Virus record (IMG/VR): IMGVR_UViG_3300005096_000137
Location: 84,428 to 148,427 of that record
From: a virus
Strand: one strand, 5' to 3'
DNA length: 64,000 nt
The notes under the pieces are model-generated. The model was not told the origin of the DNA. It saw only the letters and a list, made by a program, of their open reading frames with translations, and searched no databases. Made by a program: the position numbers and the translations under genes. Shown piece by piece: positions 1 through 9,753 of the stretch (the first letter of the stretch is position 1; each line of letters begins with the position of its first letter).

Positions 1-10
1 ACTAGCTGCT

Positions 11-349
11 ATGGGTACCCCTAGTGACGGCGGGAATCCCACTGGTTTTGTGGGTCAGCGTATCATCTGGGCTATTTCCCGAGTGGCCGAGAAGGATGCT
101 AAACAGAAGTTCCCTGCTGAGGCTATCAAAGAGGACATCCCTCTGGACCCTTGTGCCAACATTGAGACCCTGGATATGCTGGAGGTAGCCTGCCATACTC
201 CGGAAGATGTGATCCTTATCCATGCACGATTACGGGGTAGTACCAACCAAGAGATCGCGGATATCCTCGGAACCACAAAGACCGCTGTGTCTCTCCAATG
301 TCAAGACATTCGAGATCGATTTGAGATGTTACAAAGGGACGCCCAATGA
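11..349 (+). CDS. Sigma-70 region 4-like HTH protein (probably the C-terminal part of a gene truncated by the window edge)
   Basis: C-terminal pattern ILIHARLRGSTNQEIADILGTTKTAVS resembles a sigma region-4 helix-turn-helix. Confidence 0.55.
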   Translation: MGTPSDGGNPTGFVGQRIIWAISRVAEKDAKQKFPAEAIKEDIPLDPCANIETLDMLEVACHTPEDVILIHARLRGSTNQEIADILGTTKTAVSLQCQDIRDRFEMLQRDAQ

Positions 350-933
350 AACGAATAGTTCTTGATGTTGATGATGTACTCAATGGGCTCACCATGCACA
401 TTCTTCGGCATTTCAAGTGTGATGTAGGTCCTTTCGAGTACAATATCTTTCCGACGGAAGTCGGGTATGATGTCATGACCGCTTGCCAAGTACTTCGAGG
501 TGATGCCCCTACAGACCCGGCAGAGTTCTGGGATGAGGTCACACGGGCCGACCTATGGCGGACTGCCCCCAAGTCTCCCCAGTGTGATTGGCTCATGGAG
601 ATTGCTGCGGACATTGTGGGTCGGGACCAGGTGTTACTGGCCACCACACCAACGAAAGATCCCCAGTGCCATGCTGATAAGCTAGAGTGGATCTGGGAGA
701 ATTTACCTCCATGGATACACCGACAGTACAACCTCACTCCTCGGAAATGGTGTCTCGCCAAACCCGGGGTCATACTCTTTGACGATCATATAGCTAACTG
801 TGAAGAGTTCATCGAAGAAGGTGGCGAAGCCCTACTCGTCCCCCGTCCATGGAACCCCGACCACGTGAAAGACACTGATTCAACTATTAACAACTGCCTT
901 AACATCCTCAGATTGGAGATGACCTATGAGTGA
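346..933 (+). CDS. HAD-family 5'(3')-deoxyribonucleotidase (NT5C-like)
   Basis: N-terminal IVLDVDDVL (DxDxV), K-x-x-W motif (DKLEWI), ILFDD and PRPWN. Confidence 0.8.
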   Translation: MKRIVLDVDDVLNGLTMHILRHFKCDVGPFEYNIFPTEVGYDVMTACQVLRGDAPTDPAEFWDEVTRADLWRTAPKSPQCDWLMEIAADIVGRDQVLLATTPTKDPQCHADKLEWIWENLPPWIHRQYNLTPRKWCLAKPGVILFDDHIANCEEFIEEGGEALLVPRPWNPDHVKDTDSTINNCLNILRLEMTYE

Positions 934-1378
934 CCGATACCGTATTGCCCTATTGTATTTTGTGATATTCATGTGCCTGGGCGCCACTATCTTTCACACC
1001 TACATGGTTCGTGAAATGGCTACCAATTCGTTTATGGTAGACGCCTATGCCTCGTCCCTTTCAGTTCAAGCTGACCATATTGCCAAGCTTGACGGTCGTG
1101 TGGAACGTATCGCCAAACAGTTTGTAAACTTGGTGGAAATCAATCAGAATTTGGAGTTGCAGCTTGAGTTTTCGAGTATAATAATGAAAGGGCAGGATGA
1201 CTATGTCCGTCAACTCCTAGATACCCTGGGCACAAATGGGATTCCTATCCCACTGCCTAACAACCCCATTTTCCCGGAATTCCAACTTACACCCTTGGGA
1301 CCTCAGTCAGTGGTTCCCAGTGGTCTTGACAAGAATGGGAATCCGGTAAACCCTTTAGAGGTTGCACCCGCAACCTAA
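926..1378 (+). CDS. Membrane-anchored coiled-coil hypothetical protein
   Basis: N-terminal hydrophobic helix, heptad-like middle, Pro-rich tail; overlaps upstream stop. Confidence 0.5.
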   Translation: MSDRYRIALLYFVIFMCLGATIFHTYMVREMATNSFMVDAYASSLSVQADHIAKLDGRVERIAKQFVNLVEINQNLELQLEFSSIIMKGQDDYVRQLLDTLGTNGIPIPLPNNPIFPEFQLTPLGPQSVVPSGLDKNGNPVNPLEVAPAT

Positions 1379-1384
1379 TCGGAG

Positions 1385-2515
1385 ATGATAATGCCTGTTG
1401 CTACTGAACTCAAACGACGTGAATTTCTCCAGCTTGCCCATACATACAAGCCTGAGAAACCACCCAAGGGTGGTTGGAACTTGGGCGGTTACCTCTCGTC
1501 AGAGAAGTTGGACGGTGGGCGTTGCTTTTGGGATGGGGGTTTATCCCGAGGGATGAACACAGTCGATGTTCCTTGGGCGAGTGTGACTGACCCAAAGACA
1601 GGTGGACGTAAGAAGAAGATCAAGCCAAAAGCCACAGGGTTGTGGTCTCGCTATGGTAATCCCATTATGGCCCCCGACTTCTTCCTCAATGGGCTTCCTA
1701 CCTTCCCCCTCGATGGGGAACTCACAGCCGGTCGTGGTCGTTTTCAATACACCATGTCAGTGATTCGGAAAGACAATCCTGTCGAAAACGAATGGTCGGA
1801 CATCCAGTTTGCCGTTTACGGGAGCCCGCCACTCAGTGCAATCTTCGGCGATGGTGAAATCAAGAACGCCAATTTCCATTGTGCCCTCCGTTGGGACGCA
1901 ATTCGACCTTGGGTTCAGCAGCGGGCAAAGAAGCTTGGTGGCCACTTTCGTGAATGTGGGAATGGTGATACTTTCGCGCAGGAACTCATGGTCATCAAAG
2001 ATGTACTGGAGACCCAGACGGACTTTGCCTACCTTCATAGACAGGTTGTTTTACCATCCAATCATCAGTTAGCCCTCGACGAGATTGAACGTCAACTGGA
2101 AACAGTCCTGGACGCGGGTGGTGAGGGGTTGATTCTTCGAGCCCCCCAAGGTCTCTGGGTGCCCAAGCGGATGAAATACATCCTGAAGTACAAGCCCTAC
2201 CTCGACTCGGAAGCAACCATCACTGGCTTTACCTCCGGACGTATTGGTAAGACGGGTCAGCGGAAGGGTTTGATTGGTGCCATGATTACTGACTACAAGG
2301 GTAAGAGGTTGGAAGTTGCTGGGTTCAACTTTAAGGAACTCGAATTCGCTAAAGACTTGATGATTCAACATGCCGCGAACCACCCAGGTGAAGACATGCC
2401 ATCCGACTTCCAGGGTCTCCACTTCAAAGTGGGAGACACCCTCACCTTCCGCTACCGAGAACTTTCTGACGATGGCATCCCCAAGGATGCCCGTTACCTT
2501 CGCTCAGCCAACTAG
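1385..2515 (+). CDS. lig: ATP-dependent DNA ligase
   Basis: Motif I SEKLDGGR, LDGEL, GEGLILR, LKYK and C-terminal OB-fold (TFRYRELSDDGIP..AR). Confidence 0.92.
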   Translation: MIMPVATELKRREFLQLAHTYKPEKPPKGGWNLGGYLSSEKLDGGRCFWDGGLSRGMNTVDVPWASVTDPKTGGRKKKIKPKATGLWSRYGNPIMAPDFFLNGLPTFPLDGELTAGRGRFQYTMSVIRKDNPVENEWSDIQFAVYGSPPLSAIFGDGEIKNANFHCALRWDAIRPWVQQRAKKLGGHFRECGNGDTFAQELMVIKDVLETQTDFAYLHRQVVLPSNHQLALDEIERQLETVLDAGGEGLILRAPQGLWVPKRMKYILKYKPYLDSEATITGFTSGRIGKTGQRKGLIGAMITDYKGKRLEVAGFNFKELEFAKDLMIQHAANHPGEDMPSDFQGLHFKVGDTLTFRYRELSDDGIPKDARYLRSAN

Positions 2516-2566
2516 TACCCAGTCACCAGTACCCTCAGTCCCCAAGTAATCCTAGAGGAGCCAGTA

Positions 2567-3622
2567 GTGAGAATTCCAAAATCGTTATCTCCGTCAGCAT
2601 TCATGCTGTGGGAGAAAGATCCTACCGAGTATACAATGAAGTATCTGGTGGACGAGAAACCACCCCGTGACCCTCAGAGCCTCCCGATGTCAGTTGGTTC
2701 GGCTTTCGATGCAGTGGTGAAGTCCAAGCTCCACTCTGCCATATTCGGCGAAGGTAATGACCCACAGTTTGAGTTTGACGCCCTGTTTGAATCCCAGGTC
2801 GAATCTCATAATCGGGATGAGGCCCGGAGGATGGGCCTCCATGTGTTCGAGGACTATGACGCTACAGGGTCCTATCAAGATTTACTTGATATGATGGATG
2901 GCGCTCAGGAGGCTCCACGATTCGAGTTTGATGCTGGCGCCACTCTGGAAGGTATCCCATTGTTTGGAAAACCTGACTGTTGCTTCATCAATCGAGACTG
3001 GGTCCGGGTTATTCTGGACTGGAAGGTCCGGGGTTACTGCTCCGTCCATAGTGCCAGCCCAACAAAGGGTTACTTGTTATGCCGTGATGGGCTTGGTTGG
3101 ATGGAACGGAACTTCACCAAAGCCAAGCTGAAGAAGATTGACGCAGGTATCGAAGGTGTGGTAGGCGCTCAGAGCCTAACTAACGGGAAGCCCCACAAAC
3201 TGGTTCTTCCGGGTGACATCAAAGGTTTCCCGATCAATCAAGGATTCCTGGAGACCTGTAGTCCCACGTGGGCAATTCAATTGTCTATCTACAGTTGGAT
3301 CACTGGTTCGGATGTCGGTGACGAAGATGTTGCAATCTGCCTTGATGAGGTAGCTTGTAAGTACATGGGTGAAGGTGAGAAACCCCTAATGCGTATAGCG
3401 AACCACCGCGCTCGTATTAGTTCGACTTTCCAGAAAGACCTTTTTGCCCGTATCCAGAAACTCTGGACAGCAATTAACGATGGTCATATCTTCCAGGAAA
3501 TGACCCGCGAAGATAGTGACAACCTCGTGACTATGCTTCAGGCGCGTGCCAGTGGCATGGGAATTGACACTGGTTCCGAAGACGATGAATGGTTTGCTAA
3601 CCTTGGGAGACCCACGTACTAA
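2567..3622 (+). CDS. PD-(D/E)XK nuclease (Cas4/RecB-like phage exonuclease)
   Basis: LSPS start, GSAFD, GKPD..ILDWK catalytic motif, QLSIY helix. Confidence 0.75.
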   Translation: MRIPKSLSPSAFMLWEKDPTEYTMKYLVDEKPPRDPQSLPMSVGSAFDAVVKSKLHSAIFGEGNDPQFEFDALFESQVESHNRDEARRMGLHVFEDYDATGSYQDLLDMMDGAQEAPRFEFDAGATLEGIPLFGKPDCCFINRDWVRVILDWKVRGYCSVHSASPTKGYLLCRDGLGWMERNFTKAKLKKIDAGIEGVVGAQSLTNGKPHKLVLPGDIKGFPINQGFLETCSPTWAIQLSIYSWITGSDVGDEDVAICLDEVACKYMGEGEKPLMRIANHRARISSTFQKDLFARIQKLWTAINDGHIFQEMTREDSDNLVTMLQARASGMGIDTGSEDDEWFANLGRPTY

Positions 3623-4122
3623 TGACTGATTTCCGTGAAGCTGTGATGGGCGATTTACCACATTTACAAAACCTAGATTTGAAAGGATACGAACAACAGC
3701 CCGAGACCATGGACTGGTGGAAATCAGTCATCACCAACCCCTCAATGACGTGTGTTGTTGCCTGTCAGAACCAGACTCCCATTGGCATGGTAGTCTGGAC
3801 ACACCAGGAGTTTCAGAAACCATCTCCTATGTCTGGTCAAACTACGGTCCACGTTCACAAAATATGTGTCCAGAAGGGGTTTAGATACCGAGGGATTGGT
3901 TCCTCTTTGATGGCAAAGGCCCGCAAAGAGACCTACCGTCTGAAGTGCAAAACCATGAGTATCTCGGTGCCAGAGTACCAATGTATTTCGGATGACCCTG
4001 ACAATGTTAGTCAGTGGCTACACAAACTGGGATTCAAGGCAGATTCAGTCTTACCCGTACCTCTCCATTTATACGGGAAGAACTATGATCAGTACCTGTT
4101 TCTCTTTGAGGTGCCGAAATGA
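3622..4122 (+). CDS. GNAT acetyltransferase (RimI-like)
   Basis: Acetyl-CoA binding motif VQKGFRYRGIGSSLM; LHKLGF. Confidence 0.8.
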   Translation: MTDFREAVMGDLPHLQNLDLKGYEQQPETMDWWKSVITNPSMTCVVACQNQTPIGMVVWTHQEFQKPSPMSGQTTVHVHKICVQKGFRYRGIGSSLMAKARKETYRLKCKTMSISVPEYQCISDDPDNVSQWLHKLGFKADSVLPVPLHLYGKNYDQYLFLFEVPK

Positions 4123-4565
4123 GCGAGACAACCCCAAATGTTGGAGGACATCCTGAGACTGAGGCCGGTCCTGATGGTTCCTTCCTGAACCCTGATGCTG
4201 GCCTCCAGGACTTTGATGCTGAAGCCCACCTCCGAGTCCTTCGTCATGATTCGGATCCTCGCATGGGTATTGTTCTCTTACTTGAACACACTGCTGTGCT
4301 CGCTGAGTCAATGGGGGTCAACATTGGGTGGCAGATTCATTCAGCAGTGGACGATTACCCCCTGGACCTTGATAAGTTCGAGGAGGCCCTCGGGTGGTTA
4401 TCCGCCACCCTTGTTGACACCAAGCTACGCAGTGAGATAGATGTGGACTCCCTGTTAGCCGAGTTAAATGCACCCAAGGCTCCCGTGGTTACTGGGATCA
4501 TTGTAGACCCCACAATCGATGTGGATTCATCAAGCAAGGGAGGGACTAATGAAGATACACCCTAG
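4119..4565 (+). CDS. Acidic hypothetical protein
   Basis: ORF in coupled operon (ATGA overlap). Confidence 0.5.
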   Translation: MSETTPNVGGHPETEAGPDGSFLNPDAGLQDFDAEAHLRVLRHDSDPRMGIVLLLEHTAVLAESMGVNIGWQIHSAVDDYPLDLDKFEEALGWLSATLVDTKLRSEIDVDSLLAELNAPKAPVVTGIIVDPTIDVDSSSKGGTNEDTP

Positions 4566-4770
4566 GGCTCTTGAAGCCCTCAAGGGCGCAAAGATAACCG
4601 GTGAAACTCTAGCGGAGATATTCACTGTGATGGAAGCACAAACAAACGTGGTGGGTGGTATCAGTAACAATTACACCATTGACTACCAACACCCCGATTA
4701 CGAAGTCACCGCCGATACCCTCATACCCCAACTGATTCTGGTTTTACGTCCAGCGGAGGTCTGCGAATGA
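4549..4770 (+). CDS. Hypothetical protein
   Basis: GGAGG RBS before ATG 4549. Confidence 0.45.
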   Translation: MKIHPRALEALKGAKITGETLAEIFTVMEAQTNVVGGISNNYTIDYQHPDYEVTADTLIPQLILVLRPAEVCE

Positions 4771-5030
4771 TGGGTTCCTTGTTAGGGTGGTCCGGGAACA
4801 TTGCAACAGTTATGGGAATTGGGATGGTCTCATACAAACTGCGAATCGGGTTTCTGTTCGGTATTCTCGGAGGTCTGTTTTGGGGCATACAAGGTACCTT
4901 GACACACCAGATGGACTTGGTTATACTAGAGATTGTGATAGCAATTATCCAAGCTTTTTCATGGTGGAAGTGGGGGAAGGCAGATGTGGGACCAGTGTGT
5001 CGAGTTTGTTCAAAACCAGTTACAGAATAA
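4767..5030 (+). CDS. Small 3-TM membrane protein (PnuC/SemiSWEET-like)
   Basis: Three hydrophobic segments ending in FSWWKW. Confidence 0.5.
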   Translation: MMGSLLGWSGNIATVMGIGMVSYKLRIGFLFGILGGLFWGIQGTLTHQMDLVILEIVIAIIQAFSWWKWGKADVGPVCRVCSKPVTE

Positions 5031-6252
5031 CGACCTCTTCCAGGGTGGTCTTCTGCTCATGGTGGGTGGTGCCATTTTGGCGTTGGTTCGCTCATGGCCT
5101 TTCAGGTTCTGGGGATTCATTAAATACCATTCCATGGTCGTCATTGATATCCCAGACAGGGACAGGTCCTTCAAGTGGGTTGACAGATGGCTGTCAAATC
5201 ATAGTTATGCACTAAAGCATGCACGGGTGCTGACAGTGGACACTAAGGGATCACATCGTCCTCGACTATTGTCAAGGACACATATTATGTTCACGCCCGC
5301 ACCAGGCACTCACTGGCTGTTTTACAAGTACCGATTGATCATACTTAGCCGCTCACGGAAGATTCAAGAGAATGGCGACAGTGACGACGCCTATCGGGAA
5401 GCGTTTACCATCCGCGTCCTTGGACGTGACCGTGCTATCGTGCGGGAGTTGTTAGAAGAGGCTCGGGATACTTTCAAGCCTGAGAGTCAAAACAACATGG
5501 TCGTGTACACTCGTGGCCTAGGGTACTGGGATGATTATTATGTACCTACCAGGTCCATGGAGTCTGTGATACTTCCTGAAGGGCAGTCTGAAATGCTCAT
5601 CCAGGATATGACAAGCTTCCTAAGTTCGGAGGTATGGTACCGGGAAAAAGGAGTCCCATACCATCGGGGGTACCTATTCCATGGACCTCCTGGGTCAGGT
5701 AAGACTTCGTTTCTGTTAGCCCTGGCAACCCATCTGGAGAGGGACATAGCCCTCGTAAATCTCAAGTCTACGGACCTAGCTGACGGCGGTCTGGCGACTG
5801 CCCTTACGGAGGTCCCACGTAATACCATTCTCCTAATCGAGGACGTGGATTGTGTGGTACCTACACGGGAAGGTCGATCCACAGAGGGGATAAGCTTTGC
5901 GGGGTTACTGAACGCCCTGGATGGTTTGACAACTCCTCACGGGCAAATTGTCTTTATGACGACCAACCATCGAGAGAAACTTGATCCCGCACTAATCCGG
6001 CCAGGGCGATGTGACACTGAGGTTCTTTTTACACATGCTACCAACTTTCAAAAGGAGATGATGTTTACTCGGTTCTTTCCTGATTCACCTTTGGCCTCGA
6101 AGTTTGCGCAAGTTGCTGATGGCAATATCAGCATGGCGGAGATTCAGAAATACATGATGCTTTATACCGATAGCCCCCAAGCTGCCCTTGAGAATACAAA
6201 CCAACTACGGAGAGTGCAAGATGAGACGGAAGCGAAAACGCCAGAAGAATAA
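4984..6252 (+). CDS. BCS1-like membrane-anchored AAA ATPase
   Basis: N-terminal TM, BCS1_N-like segment (FTPAPGTHWLFYK..R.R..FTIRVLGRDR..LLEEAR), RGYLFHGPPGSGKTS, ILLIEDVD, GLLNALDG, MTTNH..LDPALIRPGR.D. Confidence 0.85.
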   Translation: MWDQCVEFVQNQLQNNDLFQGGLLLMVGGAILALVRSWPFRFWGFIKYHSMVVIDIPDRDRSFKWVDRWLSNHSYALKHARVLTVDTKGSHRPRLLSRTHIMFTPAPGTHWLFYKYRLIILSRSRKIQENGDSDDAYREAFTIRVLGRDRAIVRELLEEARDTFKPESQNNMVVYTRGLGYWDDYYVPTRSMESVILPEGQSEMLIQDMTSFLSSEVWYREKGVPYHRGYLFHGPPGSGKTSFLLALATHLERDIALVNLKSTDLADGGLATALTEVPRNTILLIEDVDCVVPTREGRSTEGISFAGLLNALDGLTTPHGQIVFMTTNHREKLDPALIRPGRCDTEVLFTHATNFQKEMMFTRFFPDSPLASKFAQVADGNISMAEIQKYMMLYTDSPQAALENTNQLRRVQDETEAKTPEE

Positions 6253-7027
6253 ACGTAAGACACGGGACTACAGTCAGGACGCCCCAGAATCCCTATCACA
6301 CGAGGATGAAATGAGTCGGAGACGTCAGAAACGATTACGAGGTGAGAAGCCTAAATTCAGTGGATACAAACCTGCTAAAGTCGAACCCCGCTCGGAACAC
6401 CAAGCTCAGTACGTCAATTCCATCAATGCCAATGATCTCGTGCTCTGCCATGGTCCGGCCGGCACAGGTAAGACTCATCTGGCTGCTGGTATGGCTGTCA
6501 AGATGATGCGTGCAGGTGGCATTGAGAAGATAGTTCTGTGCCGCCCCGTCGTGGGTGTTGGTAAGGACATTGGCTTCCTGCCTGGTACAAAAGAAGACAA
6601 GGTAGGACCCTACCTCACCCCTTTGTTTGATGAAATGTCCTACTACTGTGAAAACAGCCTGGTCAAAGAGTGGATGGACCAGGGCAAGCTGGAGATCGTC
6701 CCACTGTCCATGATGCGAGGGCGGACGTTCAATGACTGCTTTGTCATTTTGGATGAAGCACAAAACGCATCCATGATGGAGCTACGTATGCTAATGACCC
6801 GTCTAGGTGTTGGGTCAACGATGGTCATTTCTGGCGATCTGACCCAGTCGGACCTCCCCGAGCATCAGCGTGGCGCTTTCAACACAGTTGTGGATCGTCT
6901 GAATCACGTCGAGTCTATTGGCGTCGTTCAACTTACAAACGAAGACATTGTTCGACACCAATTGATTGGTGTCATTGAATCATTACTAAATACGTCGCCG
7001 GTTGGAGATTTTGTGGGATGCAGTTAG
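6221..7027 (+). CDS. phoH: PhoH-like ATPase
   Basis: GPAGTGKT, RPVV..IGFLPG, MRGRTF, ILDEAQN, GDLTQSD, DIVRH. Confidence 0.95.
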   Translation: MRRKRKRQKNKRKTRDYSQDAPESLSHEDEMSRRRQKRLRGEKPKFSGYKPAKVEPRSEHQAQYVNSINANDLVLCHGPAGTGKTHLAAGMAVKMMRAGGIEKIVLCRPVVGVGKDIGFLPGTKEDKVGPYLTPLFDEMSYYCENSLVKEWMDQGKLEIVPLSMMRGRTFNDCFVILDEAQNASMMELRMLMTRLGVGSTMVISGDLTQSDLPEHQRGAFNTVVDRLNHVESIGVVQLTNEDIVRHQLIGVIESLLNTSPVGDFVGCS

Positions 7028-9687
7028 AGACCATTCAGATGTCGGTGTTTGCGGACACCATCATGAAACAGAAATACTCACATGAACTCACGGGCTCGAT
7101 TGCCGAGAAGATGGAGGTACCTGACGGGACCAAAGAGGAATGGCCTAGTATTGCTTACCGTGTGACTAAGAACGTGTTGAAACCCTTGGGGTACACAATG
7201 CGGGACAAGGTATCCCAGGATATTTGCAAGATGATCACTGAGAGGAAGTTCCTCCCCGCCGGGCGGTATCTGTATGCCAGTGGACGTCCGTATAGTCAAG
7301 TTCAGAATTGCTACAGTGCGGAGACTGAGGTCATCACCAGTTTGGGGACCTTCACCATTCAGGAACTGTCCGAGACCAATGCAGGTAAGCATACCATCAT
7401 GACCTCCCAGGGTAGGTGGGTGGAAGCTGATTTCAGGTGTTTTGGTGTACAAACTCTCATGGAGGTTGAATTAGGCTTCGGACGCGGGGGTAAGACACTG
7501 TATGCCACAGCAGAACATAGTTGGCGAGTAGCTGAGTCGTTTGGGATCGATCAGTCCCGAGGGGGTCGAAGACGCTTTACACAGAAACATAAGGTTCTCA
7601 CTCAAGACCTGACACCCGGGGATACACTCTGGCAGACCTTCGGGTATGGTATGAGTCGCACCCCTATCAACCCTGTGGGTATCCAACATGGTTTTGTCTG
7701 GGGTGACGGGAACATTAGTACTAAGGGGCATCAGTGTACTGTGCGACTGTGTGGGGACAAGCAAGAGTACATGGATGAGTACTTCGCATTGTTCCCTAAC
7801 CATGTGATTGAGGATGACATTGAATTGTCACTCCTCCCAAGCCATTTCAAAAGCCTTGTGCCCCTCCAGTATGATAGGTCCTACCTTCTCGGTTGGTTAG
7901 TCGGGTACTTCGCAGCAGATGGGTGTGTCGCCGACAACGGACGCATGACCCTCCTCAGTCATGATATATCCTCGGTGCAACACGTAAAGGACGTCTGTGC
8001 TATCCTGGGTATTGGGTGCAATCAAATACTGACTGGCACCAAGACATCCAATCTGGATGGTAAGGAATACACCCACTATTCGGTGTCATTTGACCGTTCC
8101 ACTGTCACAAAAGACTTCTTCCTCAACCCTGAGCACCAAGACCGCTGGTTGGAAAACCCACCCCAGAAACAGACCTTCTGGAAGGTAAAGTCGGTCAAGC
8201 GAACGGATAGGGTCGAACCTGTGTATTGCGCAATTGTGCCTGATACTCATGAGTTTGTCTTGGCAGACAATATCCTAACGGGTAACTGCCTACTCTTGAG
8301 GTGCCATGACAGTCGAGAAGGTTGGTCAGAGCTACTCCACAATGCCAGCATGGCTCTGATGACCGGTGCTGGTATCGGAGTGGACTATTCGGACCTCCGC
8401 AGTGAGGGTGCCACGATTCGGGGAACAGGCGGGAAAGCCACCGGACCTATTGCCTTGATGCAGATGCTCAATGAGTGTGGTCGTGGTATTATGCAGGGAG
8501 GCGCGCGTCGCAGTGCTATCTGGGCTGGTCTCCGCTGGGACCATCCGGACATTCACAAGTTTATTCGTATTAAGAATTGGTCGGATGACGTCAAAGCCAT
8601 GAAGGCTAAGGACTTCAATTTCCCCGCTCCTCTGGATTGTACCAACATCAGTGTGCAACTCAACGACGAGTTCTTTGAAGCCTTCCACGACAACGAACAT
8701 GTAAAGCACTCGCTCGCACAATCAGTGTACTGGGCAGTGATTGAACAAGCCCTGGAGACGGCTGAGCCTGGATTCAGTGTGGACACTGGTAAGAACAGTG
8801 GTGAGACCCTGCGGAATGCTTGCACAGAAATCTCCTCCAAGGATGACTCCGACATCTGTAATTTAGGTTCAATCAATTTAGCGAGAATCGACGATATCGA
8901 GGAATTCGAGAAGGTGGTTGATTTGGGTACCCTGTTCCTACTTGCAGGCACAGTTTACAGTGATGTACCCTACGAGAAGGTCGATCGCGTGCGTACCAAG
9001 AACCGACGTTTAGGTCTTGGACTCATGGGCGTTCACGAGTGGCTTATCAAGCGAGGGAAGCCCTATGCTCCCGATGAGGACCTTGAGAAGTGGCTGAAGA
9101 AGTATAAGAAGTCGGGGAAGATTGCGAACAAGTATGCGGATCAATTTGGACTCTCGCGTCCGAAGAAGACTCGGTCCATTGCTCCCACGGGTACCATCTC
9201 GATTATTGCTGAGACAACCGGTGGGCTGGAACCACTGTTTTGTATTGCGTATAAGCGACGATACCTAAAGCACAACAATTGGTGCTACCAGTATGTCATT
9301 GACCCAACAGCAAAGCGACTCATTGATGCTGGTGCTGATCCCCATTCCATAGAGGACGCCTATACGTTGGCAGAAGACGTGGAAAGACGGGTCAAGTTCC
9401 AGCATTGGATTCAGCAGTTCGTCGACCATGGAATCAGCAGTACGGTCAACCTACCCGCATGGGGTACCAAATTGAACAACAAATCCAAGGTGCAGCCTTT
9501 TGGAACCATGCTAATGAAGTACCTCCCTGAGCTACGAGGGATCACCTGCTACCCAGATGGGTGCCGTTCTGGACAACCCTTCACGCCATGTGACTATGAA
9601 GAAGCCTTGCGTCACGAGGGTGCTGAATTGGTTGAAGAAGCCGTCCAAGCCTGTAGTTTGGCAAAAGGCGGAGATTGTGGAGATTAG
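7018..9687 (+). CDS. nrdJ: Class II (B12-dependent) ribonucleotide reductase with intein
   Basis: FLPAGR, GGARRSA, NACTEI..CNLGSINL, RRLGLGLMG, IAPTGT, C-terminal Cys pair; no NrdB seen in the window. Confidence 0.88.
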   Translation: MQLETIQMSVFADTIMKQKYSHELTGSIAEKMEVPDGTKEEWPSIAYRVTKNVLKPLGYTMRDKVSQDICKMITERKFLPAGRYLYASGRPYSQVQNCYSAETEVITSLGTFTIQELSETNAGKHTIMTSQGRWVEADFRCFGVQTLMEVELGFGRGGKTLYATAEHSWRVAESFGIDQSRGGRRRFTQKHKVLTQDLTPGDTLWQTFGYGMSRTPINPVGIQHGFVWGDGNISTKGHQCTVRLCGDKQEYMDEYFALFPNHVIEDDIELSLLPSHFKSLVPLQYDRSYLLGWLVGYFAADGCVADNGRMTLLSHDISSVQHVKDVCAILGIGCNQILTGTKTSNLDGKEYTHYSVSFDRSTVTKDFFLNPEHQDRWLENPPQKQTFWKVKSVKRTDRVEPVYCAIVPDTHEFVLADNILTGNCLLLRCHDSREGWSELLHNASMALMTGAGIGVDYSDLRSEGATIRGTGGKATGPIALMQMLNECGRGIMQGGARRSAIWAGLRWDHPDIHKFIRIKNWSDDVKAMKAKDFNFPAPLDCTNISVQLNDEFFEAFHDNEHVKHSLAQSVYWAVIEQALETAEPGFSVDTGKNSGETLRNACTEISSKDDSDICNLGSINLARIDDIEEFEKVVDLGTLFLLAGTVYSDVPYEKVDRVRTKNRRLGLGLMGVHEWLIKRGKPYAPDEDLEKWLKKYKKSGKIANKYADQFGLSRPKKTRSIAPTGTISIIAETTGGLEPLFCIAYKRRYLKHNNWCYQYVIDPTAKRLIDAGADPHSIEDAYTLAEDVERRVKFQHWIQQFVDHGISSTVNLPAWGTKLNNKSKVQPFGTMLMKYLPELRGITCYPDGCRSGQPFTPCDYEEALRHEGAELVEEAVQACSLAKGGDCGD
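7309..8286 (+). mobile_element. Intein with LAGLIDADG homing endonuclease in the RNR (326 aa)
   Basis: Starts QN|CYSAETEV, block B TAEHSW, LAGLIDADG-like GFVWGDG and LVGYFAADG, ends VYC..HEFVLADNILTGN|C. Confidence 0.9.
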
Positions 9688-9753
9688 GGGTTGACCTTAC
9701 TCTTTGGACCAACTAGGATAGAGGAATAGAAACAAACTCTCTGGAGACATACA

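Noticed and set aside
2567-3622. Cas4 as evidence of a CRISPR-Cas system
   Set aside because: Stand-alone PD-(D/E)XK nuclease in a replication context; no clear four-Cys Cas4 pattern and no other cas genes or array
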